64,000 nt of DNA. Source: Azolla caroliniana. Lineage: Eukaryota; Plantae; Polypodiophyta. Numbering within the stretch: the first letter of the stretch is position 1; every line of letters begins with the position of its first letter. The notes below the pieces were generated by a model. The model searched no databases and was not told where the DNA came from. It saw only the letters and a list, made by a program, of their open reading frames with translations. The DNA lies in the NCBI GenBank assembly GCA_043228905.1, contig JBHGNT010000015.1:15934001-15998000 (forward strand), given 5' to 3'. Of this stretch, positions 1-10,713 are shown one piece after another. Position numbers and translations under genes: made by a program.

Positions 1-962
1 TTCCACATTCGACTTTGGACTTTGACTCCTGGACAACTTGTTGTTTGTTGGCAATGTCAAGCCGACTGGCTTCGTGTTTTGCATGATGCAAACCATCACA
101 TACAGAACATAGGCTTCGGACTGCTGAGGCGTAGCGTGCCTTCATCATCTTAGCCTTTTCCACCTTTGTCTTTGGACTTTGACTCCTAGACAACTTGTTG
201 TTTATCAGCAATGTCGACCTGACTGGCTCCGCGTTTTGCATGTTGAATCTCTAGAGCACTTTTGTCACGTAGTTTTCTTGTAACAACCACAATAATCTCT
301 TTGTCCGATCGCGGACAATGTGCATTCCTAGGATCTGCCTTGTCCGACCCATATCCTTCATTGTGAATGACCTGCTCAAGGCCTTCTTCAACATTCTGAT
401 CTTCATATGATCTCGTCCGAAAATCAGCATGTCGTCTATGTACAGTAGGAGTATGAGGAAGTTTCGTCCGTCAAACTTCTTCACAAACACTAAGTGGTCG
501 GCTTGCGTTTTGTGGTACCCTTGATCGGTCATGAATCATGACGGATTCAAACTTTTGGTATCAATATCGGGGAGCCTACTTCAGTCCATAAAGGCTCTTC
601 TTCAACCCGCATACTAGGTTCTCCTTCTCTTTCTTGACGAATCCTTTCGGTTGCTGCATGTATATCTCCTCTTCAAGATCACCATGCAGAAATGTTGTCT
701 TGACATCCAATTGTTCAACTTCAAGGTCCATGTTGGCTGCTATGCTCAACATTGTTCGGATGGATGTCATTTTCACTACAGGGTCAAATATGTTGCCGAA
801 ATCCACCTATTTCTTTTGTTGAAATCCCCTGACGACAGTTCACACTTTGTATCTTAGTGGATTTCTACCATCTCCCGGTTTCACCTTGTATACCCACTTG
901 TTCCAGAGTACCCTCTTTCCTTCCGCCAACTCCGTCAGTTCGTATGTGTGGTTCTCATGCAT
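1..962 (-). mobile_element. Degenerate Ty1/copia reverse transcriptase fragment
   Basis: Broken minus-strand ORFs 840-1049, 576-806 and 251-532 carry copia RT motifs (KWVYKVK, QLDVKTTFLHG, LKKSLYGLK, LLYIDDML). Small local duplication 15-85 / 171-242. Confidence 0.9.
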
Positions 963-1710
963 GGAAAAATGGTTGATACTAATGATGTTAGCATTGGCAT
1001 TAGTACCAAAAGGATTAGGTCTCAAGAGATTAAGAAAGACAGTAATCAAGGCTCAATAACGTGATTTTGGCTCTTTCAAGCTATTGTGGGAACAATGACT
1101 TTGCTTATTGCCCCTTTTTTCGTTTGTTTCTAGACATGTTCCTATGCCACTAATGTCAACATCAACATCATTGTAAAAAGCACTGGAAATGGAAACATAT
1201 CCATCAACCCTTTTTTTCCTTAAGTTGAAATCAATAACGTTTGCATTCCAAAGAAAATTGAGAGAGAGAGAGAGGCTAAGAAAGAAGATAATTGTCACGT
1301 GAGCAACGAGAAGAAGGCAACGTGCATGTTGGGTGGGCCGAAGCACAATGTAAAATAAGAGCAATGCATTGTTGTTGACAAGGGTGTCCACACGTTAGTT
1401 TGACTTGGTTGGAAGGTGCGTGACAAGTAGAAAGTATGACGCTAGGGCCAACGATATATACGTGTGTGTGTGTGTATGTGTATCGAAACCGTGGTCACAC
1501 GTGTTCTTCGTGCTCGCGGCATGGGAGTACTACCCACATATCAGTCATCAATGACCAATATATGGTAGTTCACTAAACAAGTCATCTACCCAATCAAACA
1601 AAACCAATGATTGGTTGAGTGCTTCATTATTGGTCAGTCACCATGTGATGTATTTTAAGCGATGCGCTTTGTGACGAGTTTTGTCAGATGTTACTAAGCC
1701 ATGCACGTGT
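963..1710 (+). repeat. Gene-less duplicate of the FMO upstream region joined to sequence found downstream of FMO
   Basis: 963-1461 matches 5010-5513; 1558-1604 matches the 5520-5588 segment just before the ATG; 1620-1710 matches 8543-8633. Confidence 0.85.
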
Positions 1711-1869
1711 ACCATCACATTTTGACATACGGGTGTCACAGAGCAACACCCTAAAACGGATATTTTCTAGTCTATAAATAAAGAATTCCTTCTCATTCTC
1801 TCTCTCTCTCTCTCTCTGGTAAATCTCTCTATCTCTCTTTGGTGAAAACACATAATTATATTAATAAAT

Positions 1870-3685
1870 GTGTGTAAAAAACATTACTTACAATGGGTGT
1901 GACAATAGGCAAGATGAACACTCCATTGAGGAAAGAATTTCAACTTGCTCCAATAAAGAAAATTGCTACATTAGTACTCCCTTCAACTTTCATAGATATA
2001 TGCTTTCACTCCATGTCTACCATCGAATACAAAAGCGTTGTGCATGTTCCAATTATGACGCAATCGCCAATATCTCAAAAATAGAAAAACTATCTCCATC
2101 TCTGATTTTGGGTCAACTAGTGTAAATTCTGCAAACACCCATTGTCTAGGTGTCAAATAACATTGTGATAAAACTTGCCAAATTTGAGAAATGTAACTCT
2201 AGACAAGCAATCGGACATTGTATAAAACAATGAGTACTATCTCCCATTTGAACAAATTATGCAAAAAAAGCAATTACCCATTACTAGTCCACAACACTTT
2301 ACAACTAATCCCAAAGGAAATCCTCTAATCAAAACTCTCCAAATGAAGACCTTTGATATAAGTGGCAATTTAGAATGCGAACTACGTTGTAAGATCTGCC
2401 ATCGCCCATGATCAGATTTGTGTATTTTCCATTCTTCTTTAGCCTTAGATGATAACCATCCAAGAGACTCAATAGAGTCATGATACAAAATACTAGTAGT
2501 CACTTGTAACGACGTTTGACCCCGTAAACACCAATCAATCCACGATTGTCTCCTGTTTGTAGAGGTAAGGGACCTTGTATCAACGCAATATTTTGTAGTT
2601 GTTACCAAATAAACCCATAATTAGGTGGGATGTGTAATAATTGTCGCGCTTCAACAAACTCCAAAATTCTTTGAGATGGAGCCTCAATTATATCTCCCAC
2701 CTCTTTGACCCCTGAACGAAACAAACAATTAAATTGAGAGTGCAATCTCTCCTTTCCTAGCCAACGTAATAACCAAGAAGACACAAGTAACTATTTTTGC
2801 AAAGAATTACAATGCTCTCTACTAGATGATGGTTTCCATACACATAACAAGAGTCCTTCTTGCCATGAGGTAACCAAGTGTTGAACACATGAAGAGGCTA
2901 GAATCTTTACTGAAATACATCTATTTAGTAATTGCCACCATGAACCCTTACTGGTTGTCCTCCCATGTGTTAAACCCTTGTTCTCAATGAAATATTGAAC
3001 AATAGATATCCATGGTTGTGAGTTTGAACACATGTCTTGTAATAATGAAAATCTATGAGCCATCATATGCATAGATAAGTTCAATATTCTAGCTCCTCCC
3101 AAGCGCTTAGGGGTTACTAGATGGTTCCATGCAACCCATGTGATTCCCATCGAAGAGGTTGCAAAATAGAATGCAAAGCCTTCTTTGTCCATGGCAACAA
3201 TGGCAAGTAATATAATATCATGGGTTCCATAATACATTGTACAACCTTCAAGCATACATGAAATGGCCAAGATTGTGACTTCCAATTCATGAACTTATCC
3301 CTCAATTTAGTAGACATCCATTCAATAAATTGACCATTTGTAACATTCATCCCTAATGGATAGCCCAAGTGTCAAAAAATAAAGTCTTTCTTCACAACGG
3401 ATCCTTGCCATCCTAAACATTCCAAATCCCTTTTAGTACATGATATGAGACTAGAAATCCTCCAATTGATATGTAATCCGGAAGCCAATGCAAATTGGTT
3501 CCATACAAGCATCCCCTTCTCAAGATTCTCTCGTGAGGCTTGTAGAAACATGAAAGAATCATCAACCAAAGCTTGTGCTACTAGTTTCCCTCCAAACGGA
3601 TTGTGTAGACCCATAATGTCACCATTTGTTGCAAGCCTTGATAGCATCACTAACAAGGGATGAGTAACAATAGCAAACAAAAATG
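1870..3685 (-). mobile_element. Degenerate non-LTR retrotransposon (L1-type LINE) ORF2 3' part
   Basis: Fragments FLFAIVTHPL..ALVDDSF (RT), GYPLG, VAWNHLVTPKRLGG, and KVFIWRVL..CFFC (zf-RVT-like) in ORFs 3372-3761, 3117-3368, 2791-3285 and 2237-2608. Ends approximate. Confidence 0.8.
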
Positions 3686-4078
3686 CCGGCAAGCTTGAAC
3701 ATGCTGCCGAATGGATCTTCCATGCTCTGATACCAAATTGTGCACAATAGCGCTCGGCCACAACCGAGTCTCAAACTCACGATGGAAGAAATAAACAGAC
3801 AATAGAGACAACACCGAATGTTTATGTGGAAAACCCTAATCCTGGAAAAACCATGGGAGCCCACAGACTTCAACTATCACTATGAGAGGAAGGGTACAAT
3901 GAGAGATTCAGAGGCAACGACCTCGGGCTCTATCTTCGAAGGGTATAATGAGAGATGGACTTATGTCATCCAGTTTTACAACACTTGAGAGGTTTTCCCT
4001 TGCACTATCATTATTTATATAGTAGTGACGATAGCAAGGGTTGTATTATCATCTTGTTTTAATGACAAACATTGATTT
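3686..4078 (-). mobile_element. Truncated copia 5' end: LTR, tRNA-iMet PBS and first gag codons
   Basis: PBS TGGTATCAGAGC at 3724-3735 (minus), immediately followed by ATG (MEDPFGSMFKLAG, like MEESFDGMLRLTG of the 10714-14919 element). LTR from 3739 resembles 14477-14640; far end approximate. Confidence 0.75.
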
Positions 4079-4080
4079 AT

Positions 4081-4082
<2 letters not shown>

Positions 4083-4128
<46 letters not shown>
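4083..4128. repeat. (GA)n microsatellite
   Basis: Uninterrupted AG dinucleotide run. Confidence 0.95.
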
Positions 4129-4131
<3 letters not shown>

Positions 4132-5009
4132 GCTTTTTCTTCTTATTATCATTCATGCCCCATGTGGGGTTACATAGTACAAGAGGATCATACATCAATG
4201 TGATACATAGGGGTGCATACCCCTCTATCCATTCACACACCCAACTCACTCACACTCTTTCATATCTACACACATGCACACACATGTGCATGTGTTTATA
4301 CACATACGAACATTCTTACTCACTCTTGCGCGCATTACACATACACTTACAACAATATGTTTCACAGAAAGTCTCTCACTCATCCATCCCTGTACCTCTC
4401 GTACGGATAACAACCATTGTTCGAAAAAACAAAAAAGAAAGACATGGGAGAAATGTGGAGGCTTGAGCTTTACACATTATACTATACGTGTTGCACATAA
4501 CTATAAAACCATATTCTTTGTGGAATGAGGAAACAATACACATCTATACATGTTAGAGCCATCCGAACCATTGCTTCCATGCGACTTAGCTAACATGCAT
4601 TGCGATGTGAGAGGGGGTGTTGGGGCACAAGTAATGAGAGTGGTCAACTATGCACACTTTGCCCTTAACAAGTTCAAGAGTTTGAGTATCACACTTTGAT
4701 ACAATGCTCTGCCTTTGATCTTATTCAACTGTGATTTCCACCCAACTTGGACCAAACCCAATCCTTGCACGAATTTCTCTCATAACTACAATGTGCACTC
4801 ACAATTGCAACATGCATTGGTAAAGTTATTGAACATCGAGAGTTGCTACTCACTTTCACATGTATAATGTGAAATGTAATACTTTTGGTTTCATAGGCCA
4901 TATTTGACCTATGAAGATGATAATAGAATCTATCTATCTATCTATTTCCAAAGCTTCATTTAGTTTAAGCCTTTTCTTTCTAATTAAAAAGTTCTCAATT
5001 TCAATTTAA

Positions 5010-5589
5010 GGAAAAATGGTTGATACTAATGATGTTAGCATTGGCATTAGTACCAAAAGGATTAGGTCTCAAGAGATTAAGAAAGGCATTAATCAAGGCT
5101 CGATAACGTGATTTCAGCTCTTTCAAGCAATTGTGGCAACAATGACCTTGCTTCTTGCCCCTTTTTTCTTTTGTTTCTAGACATGTTCCTATGCCACTAA
5201 TGTCAACATCGACATCATTGTAAAAAGCACCGGGAATGGAAACATATCCATCAACCCTTTTTTTCCTTAAGTTGAAATCAATAACGTTTGCATTCTAAAG
5301 AAAATTGAGAGAGAGAGAGAGAGAGGCTAAGAAAGAAGACAATTGTCACATGAGCAACGAGAAGAAGGTAAAGTGCATGTTGGGTGGGCCGAAGCACAAT
5401 GTAAAAAAAGAGCAATGCATTGTTGTTGGCAAGGCCTTCCACACGTTAGTTTGACTTGGTTGGAAGGTGCGTGACAAGTAGAAAGTATGACGCTAGTGGC
5501 CAACGATATATACACGCCCATATATGGTAGTTCACTAAACAAGTCCCATATATGGTAGTTCACTAAACAAGTCCCAATCAAACAAAACT
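5010..5589 (+). promoter_or_regulatory. Putative FMO promoter/5' UTR with a 28-bp tandem duplication
   Basis: TATA-like GATATATA at about 5505-5512; CCCATATATGGTAGTTCACTAAACAAGT x2 (5517-5572); A-rich context AAACAAAACT-ATG. Confidence 0.5.
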
Positions 5590-7419
5590 ATGGCTATGGC
5601 GGCTGAAGAGCAAGTTCTTGGTTGGCTGAGTAGCTTTGAGGCTGCCCTCCTCCAACGAGATGTGGAGGCTGCAACCCAACTCTTCCTCCCCCATGAATGC
5701 TTCTGGAGAGACCTCCTCGCCTTCACTTGGAACTTCTACACCGCGGAATCCCGAGAGGAGATCGGAGACATGCTCCGCTCCACACTCCTCACGAACCCCG
5801 ATCACTTCATCCAACCTCCCTCCTCTTGGAAGCTCCATGGCCATGTGGAGGACCTCACCCATCCCCATGGCTTCATCCAGGCCTTCTTCACCTTCGAGAC
5901 CCCCATCGCCCGCGGCCGCGGGGTCATCAAGCTGCAGGATGGCAAATGCTGGTGCCTCCTCACCTCCATGCTTGAGCTCAAAGGATACGAAGAGCCCGCC
6001 GGGCTGCGGCGCGAGCCTGGTGTGATCCCGGGGGCCGTGCCAGGTGGCCGCGGCACATGGCTCGAAGCCAGACTCGATGAGCTTAAACGCCTCGGTCGGA
6101 GCCCTTCGCACCAACCGTATTGTCTCGTGATAGGCGGCGGACAAGCAGGGATCTGTCTCGGTGCAAGGCTTCGCCGGCTCCGTGTCCCGACCATCATCAT
6201 CGAGAAGAATGCACGGCCCGGAGACTCGTGGCGCAACCGATACAGATCCCTATGCCTCCACAACCCGGTGTGGAACAACCACTTGCCTTACCTCCCGTTC
6301 CCCGACCATTGGCCCGTGTTCTTCCCCAAAGACAAGATCGGTGAATGGCTTGAGGTGTACACACTTATCATGGAGCTCGTGTATTGGGGTTCAACTGAGT
6401 GTAAATCCGCCCGCTTCAACCCAATTGACAAAAAATGGGAAGTAGTAGTAGTAAACAATGGAGGTGAAGAGATTCTTCTCTACCCTAAGCACCTTGTGCT
6501 CGCCACTGGCATGTCCGGTGGACCCAACGTGCCCATTTTCCCCGGGGCCGAATGCTTTCAAGGTGTGCAATGCCATTCAAGCCAATACAAGAGCGGCCTC
6601 GAATGGACCGGGAAGCAATGTGTTGTTGTCGGATCCAACAATTCCGCCCACGACATATGTGCCGATCTATGGGAGAGTGGGGCTGCCCAAGTGACCATGG
6701 TTCAAAGGTCTTCGACCCACGTCGTGCGCTCCGAGTCCCTCTTTGATATTGGGTATTTGCCAGACTACCAAGAAGACTCAAAATACTCGACCGACGATGC
6801 CGACCTTCGCTTTGCTTCAATGCCTTATAAAATCATGCATAGGGCATGCCTAGATTTCTACAAAAAGGTAGTCGAAAGGGATGCAAAGTTCTATGATGAC
6901 CTCAAGAGTGTGGGTTTCATGCATGACTTTGGGGACGATGGATCAGGATTTTATATGAAGTACCTCCGACGAGGGTCTGGATATTACATTGATGTGGGTG
7001 CATCGGAGCTCGTGATAAAAGGTGAGATCGACCTAAAGAGTGGAGTAACGTTGAAGGAAATGAAAGAGAGGAGTGTCGTGTTGAGTGATGACACTGAAAT
7101 TGGGGCAGATCTAGTTGTGTATGCAACTGGGTACGAATCCATGAACAAATGGGCAGCCAAACTTATCTCTCAAGAAGTGGCGGACAATGTTGGGAAATGC
7201 TGGGGTTTGGGGTCCAACACCAAGAAGGATCCCGGACCATGGGAAGGCGAGCTTCGAAATATGTGGAAGCCGACCAAGCAAGAGGGGTTGTGGTTCCATG
7301 GTGGTAACCTACATGAATGTAGACAATATTCTCTACACTTAGCATTGCAGATTAAAGCACGCATGGAAGGCATTCCCATCCATGTCTATGGAATGGGCAA
7401 GGTTCACCATACTAGTTAA
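5590..7419 (+). CDS. Type II flavin-containing monooxygenase (class B flavoprotein monooxygenase) with N-terminal SnoaL/NTF2-like extension; intronless, bacterial-like
   Basis: Intact 609-aa ORF: FAD Rossmann VIGGGQAG, PGDSWRNRY, FMO fingerprint FQGVQCHSSQY, NAD(P)H Rossmann VVVGSNNSAHD, ATGY, and C-terminal KDPGPWEGELRNMWKPT..LWFHGGNL typical of bacterial type II FMOs. Confidence 0.92.
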   Translation: MAMAAEEQVLGWLSSFEAALLQRDVEAATQLFLPHECFWRDLLAFTWNFYTAESREEIGDMLRSTLLTNPDHFIQPPSSWKLHGHVEDLTHPHGFIQAFFTFETPIARGRGVIKLQDGKCWCLLTSMLELKGYEEPAGLRREPGVIPGAVPGGRGTWLEARLDELKRLGRSPSHQPYCLVIGGGQAGICLGARLRRLRVPTIIIEKNARPGDSWRNRYRSLCLHNPVWNNHLPYLPFPDHWPVFFPKDKIGEWLEVYTLIMELVYWGSTECKSARFNPIDKKWEVVVVNNGGEEILLYPKHLVLATGMSGGPNVPIFPGAECFQGVQCHSSQYKSGLEWTGKQCVVVGSNNSAHDICADLWESGAAQVTMVQRSSTHVVRSESLFDIGYLPDYQEDSKYSTDDADLRFASMPYKIMHRACLDFYKKVVERDAKFYDDLKSVGFMHDFGDDGSGFYMKYLRRGSGYYIDVGASELVIKGEIDLKSGVTLKEMKERSVVLSDDTEIGADLVVYATGYESMNKWAAKLISQEVADNVGKCWGLGSNTKKDPGPWEGELRNMWKPTKQEGLWFHGGNLHECRQYSLHLALQIKARMEGIPIHVYGMGKVHHTS

Positions 7420-7559
7420 CAAGAAGCATTTGGTAGCGCTTAATTCAACTAGAGGAAACAATAAAGCAATAAAAGAAATACTACACTAGTTACACACTAC
7501 CTCTCTAACAAAGGAGTGTATTCTTGCAAGCACGGATTTGAGCGAGTTTCAATCATAGT

Positions 7560-8290
7560 ATGTACCATACGTGCATTCGCATTCAAGAATGTTTCAATCA
7601 TTTGAGAATGGTAAACAACCTCTAAGTATGGTAAATACCATACTTTTGTATTCATTGTTTATTATAAGGTAAGAAAGTCAAGGTAATAAATGTAAAAAAA
7701 AACACCAGAATGTTTTGATAACATATGCATTCATTTGCATTTGTATTGAAAAGAATGTTTGTCAATCCATTCGAGTATATTATGTACTAAGGTTTCAATC
7801 ATACCATTGTTAGAGTCATGCATATTGTTATAAGGATAGATTTTCCTTGATGGTTAGCTAATAGCTTATGGATTAAAGGGCACATGCACGAGTATATCAT
7901 TTGTTCTATGGAGGTCATTTACCTATCGATGGGTTGTGATGAAGTTATTCTTTGATGTTCTCTTAGGTACACCACACCATGAAGCCTTGTGCTTGCTCAA
8001 AAGATGGTGTAATCTCTTAGGTATTACCTTTTGTTCTTTTTTATCTAGTAATTTCTTTTATATGTAGTTTTGTGCATAGTATGAACCATACATACATTCA
8101 CATTCGAGTATATTTCGATCATTCAAGTATGGTAAACACCCTCAAAGTATGGTAAATACCATACTTTTGTATTCATCATTTACTATAAAATAAAAAAGTG
8201 GCAAAAAAATTAAAAACGTGAAAAGAAAAAACATAAGTATGCTTTCATGCACGCATTCATTTGCAAACGTATGAAAACGAATGTTTCACC
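7560..8290 (+). repeat. Diverged ~200-bp direct repeat 3' of FMO (about 7560-7760 and 8080-8290)
   Basis: Shared core ATGGTAAACA..AAGTATGGTAAATACCATACTTTTGTATTCAT and GCATTCATTTGCA..GAATGTTT. Confidence 0.75.
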
Positions 8291-8495
8291 AGAAGAATGC
8301 GAATATTACATTCTATGGTTTTGGGTGCATCAAGTGCAATACCCAACATGCATATGGAAGAATAGTCCCCCTGTCGATTGTGAGGTCTTTTAAGACCCAA
8401 GAGGTTTTATGAGCTACCATCAAACATGTGCAGATAGAATATACAAGCAACCCATGTCATCAACCTAAAACCCAACCCAACTTGTAGATAAAAAA

Positions 8496-8633
8496 CACTA
8501 CAACAAAAAGGGGTGTTAGTGATGCCAAAAGTCATCACAAAATGCTTTATTAATGGTTGGTCACCATGTGATGTATTTTAAACCATGCGCTTTGCGACGA
8601 GCTTTACCACATGTTGCTAAGCAATGCACGCGT
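8496..8633 (+). mobile_element. CACTA (En/Spm)-like DNA transposon terminus / MITE interrupted by gypsy G1
   Basis: Starts CACTACAACAAAAAG, followed by TTAGTGA/TCACAAA-type subterminal motifs. The body is also present at 1620-1772. Confidence 0.5.
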
Positions 8634-10713
8634 TCTCGTGAAGGATTCTGGCCATAAAGAGAAATAGGGCCAAGCGCGCACAAACGGGTGTGTGCACCGA
8701 TACACGCAAACCAAGAAACATGTACAAACATAATTTAAATAGCATAGGACTGGTAAGTACTAGATAGTAGGAATTAAAGGGTAGTTTAAAGTCCCACACA
8801 CATAGAGAGAATGGGGGGAATTTGATTTGAAGAAATCGAAGGGGGGGATCTCTGACACCGATCACGATGTAACGGTCTCCCCTTGTGCTAAAAAAAAGGG
8901 GGGGGGGGGACTTGAGCCTGTTTTTAGGAATCAAGAATTAGGGAGGAGGAAGTGTTGTCGGTTTGTGGGTCGAGCTCTCTCTCTCTCTCTCTCTCTCTGA
9001 CCAGAGGAAGCCCGTGAGCTCCTGACCAGAGGCTCGTTGATCTGTCTACGTGCGTGTGTGGGTGGGGGTGTGTTCGTAGTGCATACGACTTTGCTACCAG
9101 CCAAGCCCGGTTGTATTCTACTTACCTTAATCTATTCGTTTTGATTGTTCGGATCGATCTCTTCTCATTTCGGGTTTCATGTCTATTTCTGTTTCTTTGT
9201 AACTAGTTTCCTGCTCTGACTGTGAACTGTGCAACACGGTTTCTGCCGCGAGAGACCACCAGTGGCCTCGACAAGGCTGTGGAAACGGTAGTCAGCATGG
9301 CTGGCCGATTTAACGAAAAGGACGCCACGAACTACCTGGAGGCTTTCAAGGCCGAGACACTGATGAGAAATGTTCTGGACGAGAGATGGTTGTCCGAGTT
9401 TCCACGGGTAGTTACGCCGAGCATCAACGTAGAGGTGCTCAAGATGCAGGCCGACTACCGAAGTTGGCAGGAGTTCAAGGAGCAACTCCTCGAAAGATAC
9501 GGTTTCGATGACTTGCTCCGCTTATTGAAGGAGTTGATGGAGTGGGTTGAGAGCCTTGGAAAGGGGAGGAACACATCAGTGCTCATCCAGGAGTTCGAAA
9601 GATGATTCGCGCACTCTCTGCGCTAGACCGGACCGTACTCGACATGAGCAAGGTCCAATTGTTTATCAAGTAGGTCGATCCACTCGACCGAGAAAAGGTG
9701 GGTCTCCTATTGGAGACGGATGGAGGGGTCATGACCGACTGGGCCACGATAAAGAGGGTCTGTAGACGTTTTGACAAACGGCGAGAATGGAACGATGGGG
9801 GATCGTTGAAGACTGGCCCGGGTGCTGAGAAGAAGCCGGAGAGACCAATTCCAACGTGGACGGAAGAGACACGAAGGTGGCTCGAGTCGAGCATGGTTCC
9901 GACTGACATGGTCAAGGGCCTATCCGGGGGCACAACTTTGGAGGATCTGATGAAGATGGTGCACAATCTCCAGATCGTGCAAGCTCGGAGGGATGGCGGC
10001 GGACAATCACGTGACCGGAGGCATCTGGTGGACCAACGATGCATGTGGTGCGATACGTGAAGGCCCCTCAAGAACCACATCCGAAGGGAGTGCGCCGATT
10101 TCGCAGAAGCGTTCAAGAACAATGTCGTGTACCTCTAGAATGGGCGGGTACATGGTGCGATACGTGAAGGCCCCTCAAGGTGAACACCGGACGAGGCGGC
10201 ATGAAGAGGATAATGGAGGAAGCCGCTAACCATAATGCTGAAGCCATCCACTATTCGATGTCTGCAGGGATCTGGGTAGGTAGAGAGAAGGGTGCCGCAC
10301 CCGAAATCATGACATGGCGGGAAGTTCATACTGGAAGGCCTCTCGGGAGTGAGGCTAAGGAAGGACATGGCGGACCGCATGGAGAGATGGGTCCAAGAGG
10401 GCACCGGGTGGAGTGATCTGGTAGAAGAGAAAACCGGCTTTGTGGAGGCGTGTGCCAAAACTACGAGGTTTTGGTTGAAGACAAGCAGGCCGGAAAGTCC
10501 GGAGGGGTCGGACCTTCAAACTGGTACAAGACCCGAAGCGGTTAGAAGAGAAATGATAGAGGCCCGACTGGCCCACAGGAGAGGACGAAGTCGCCAGGTT
10601 TCCAGTTGAGTTCAGAGATCGAAAGGGCGACAAATCTACGAAAGTTCTTGTAGGAGCAGATCCTCCACAGTCATGTGGAACTCACACTGCGGGAAGTGCT
10701 AGGGATAGCAAAG

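Noticed and set aside
4155-4528. His/Thr-rich ORFs
   Set aside because: Derived from CA/TA low-complexity sequence.
4590-4710. PPT-like GAGAGGGGG + TGTTGG and a degenerate PBS-like motif (possible TRIM)
   Set aside because: No paired LTR or TSD could be found.
5578-6820. Alternative and antisense ORFs overlapping FMO
   Set aside because: Shadow ORFs expected in GC-rich coding sequence; no recognisable domains.
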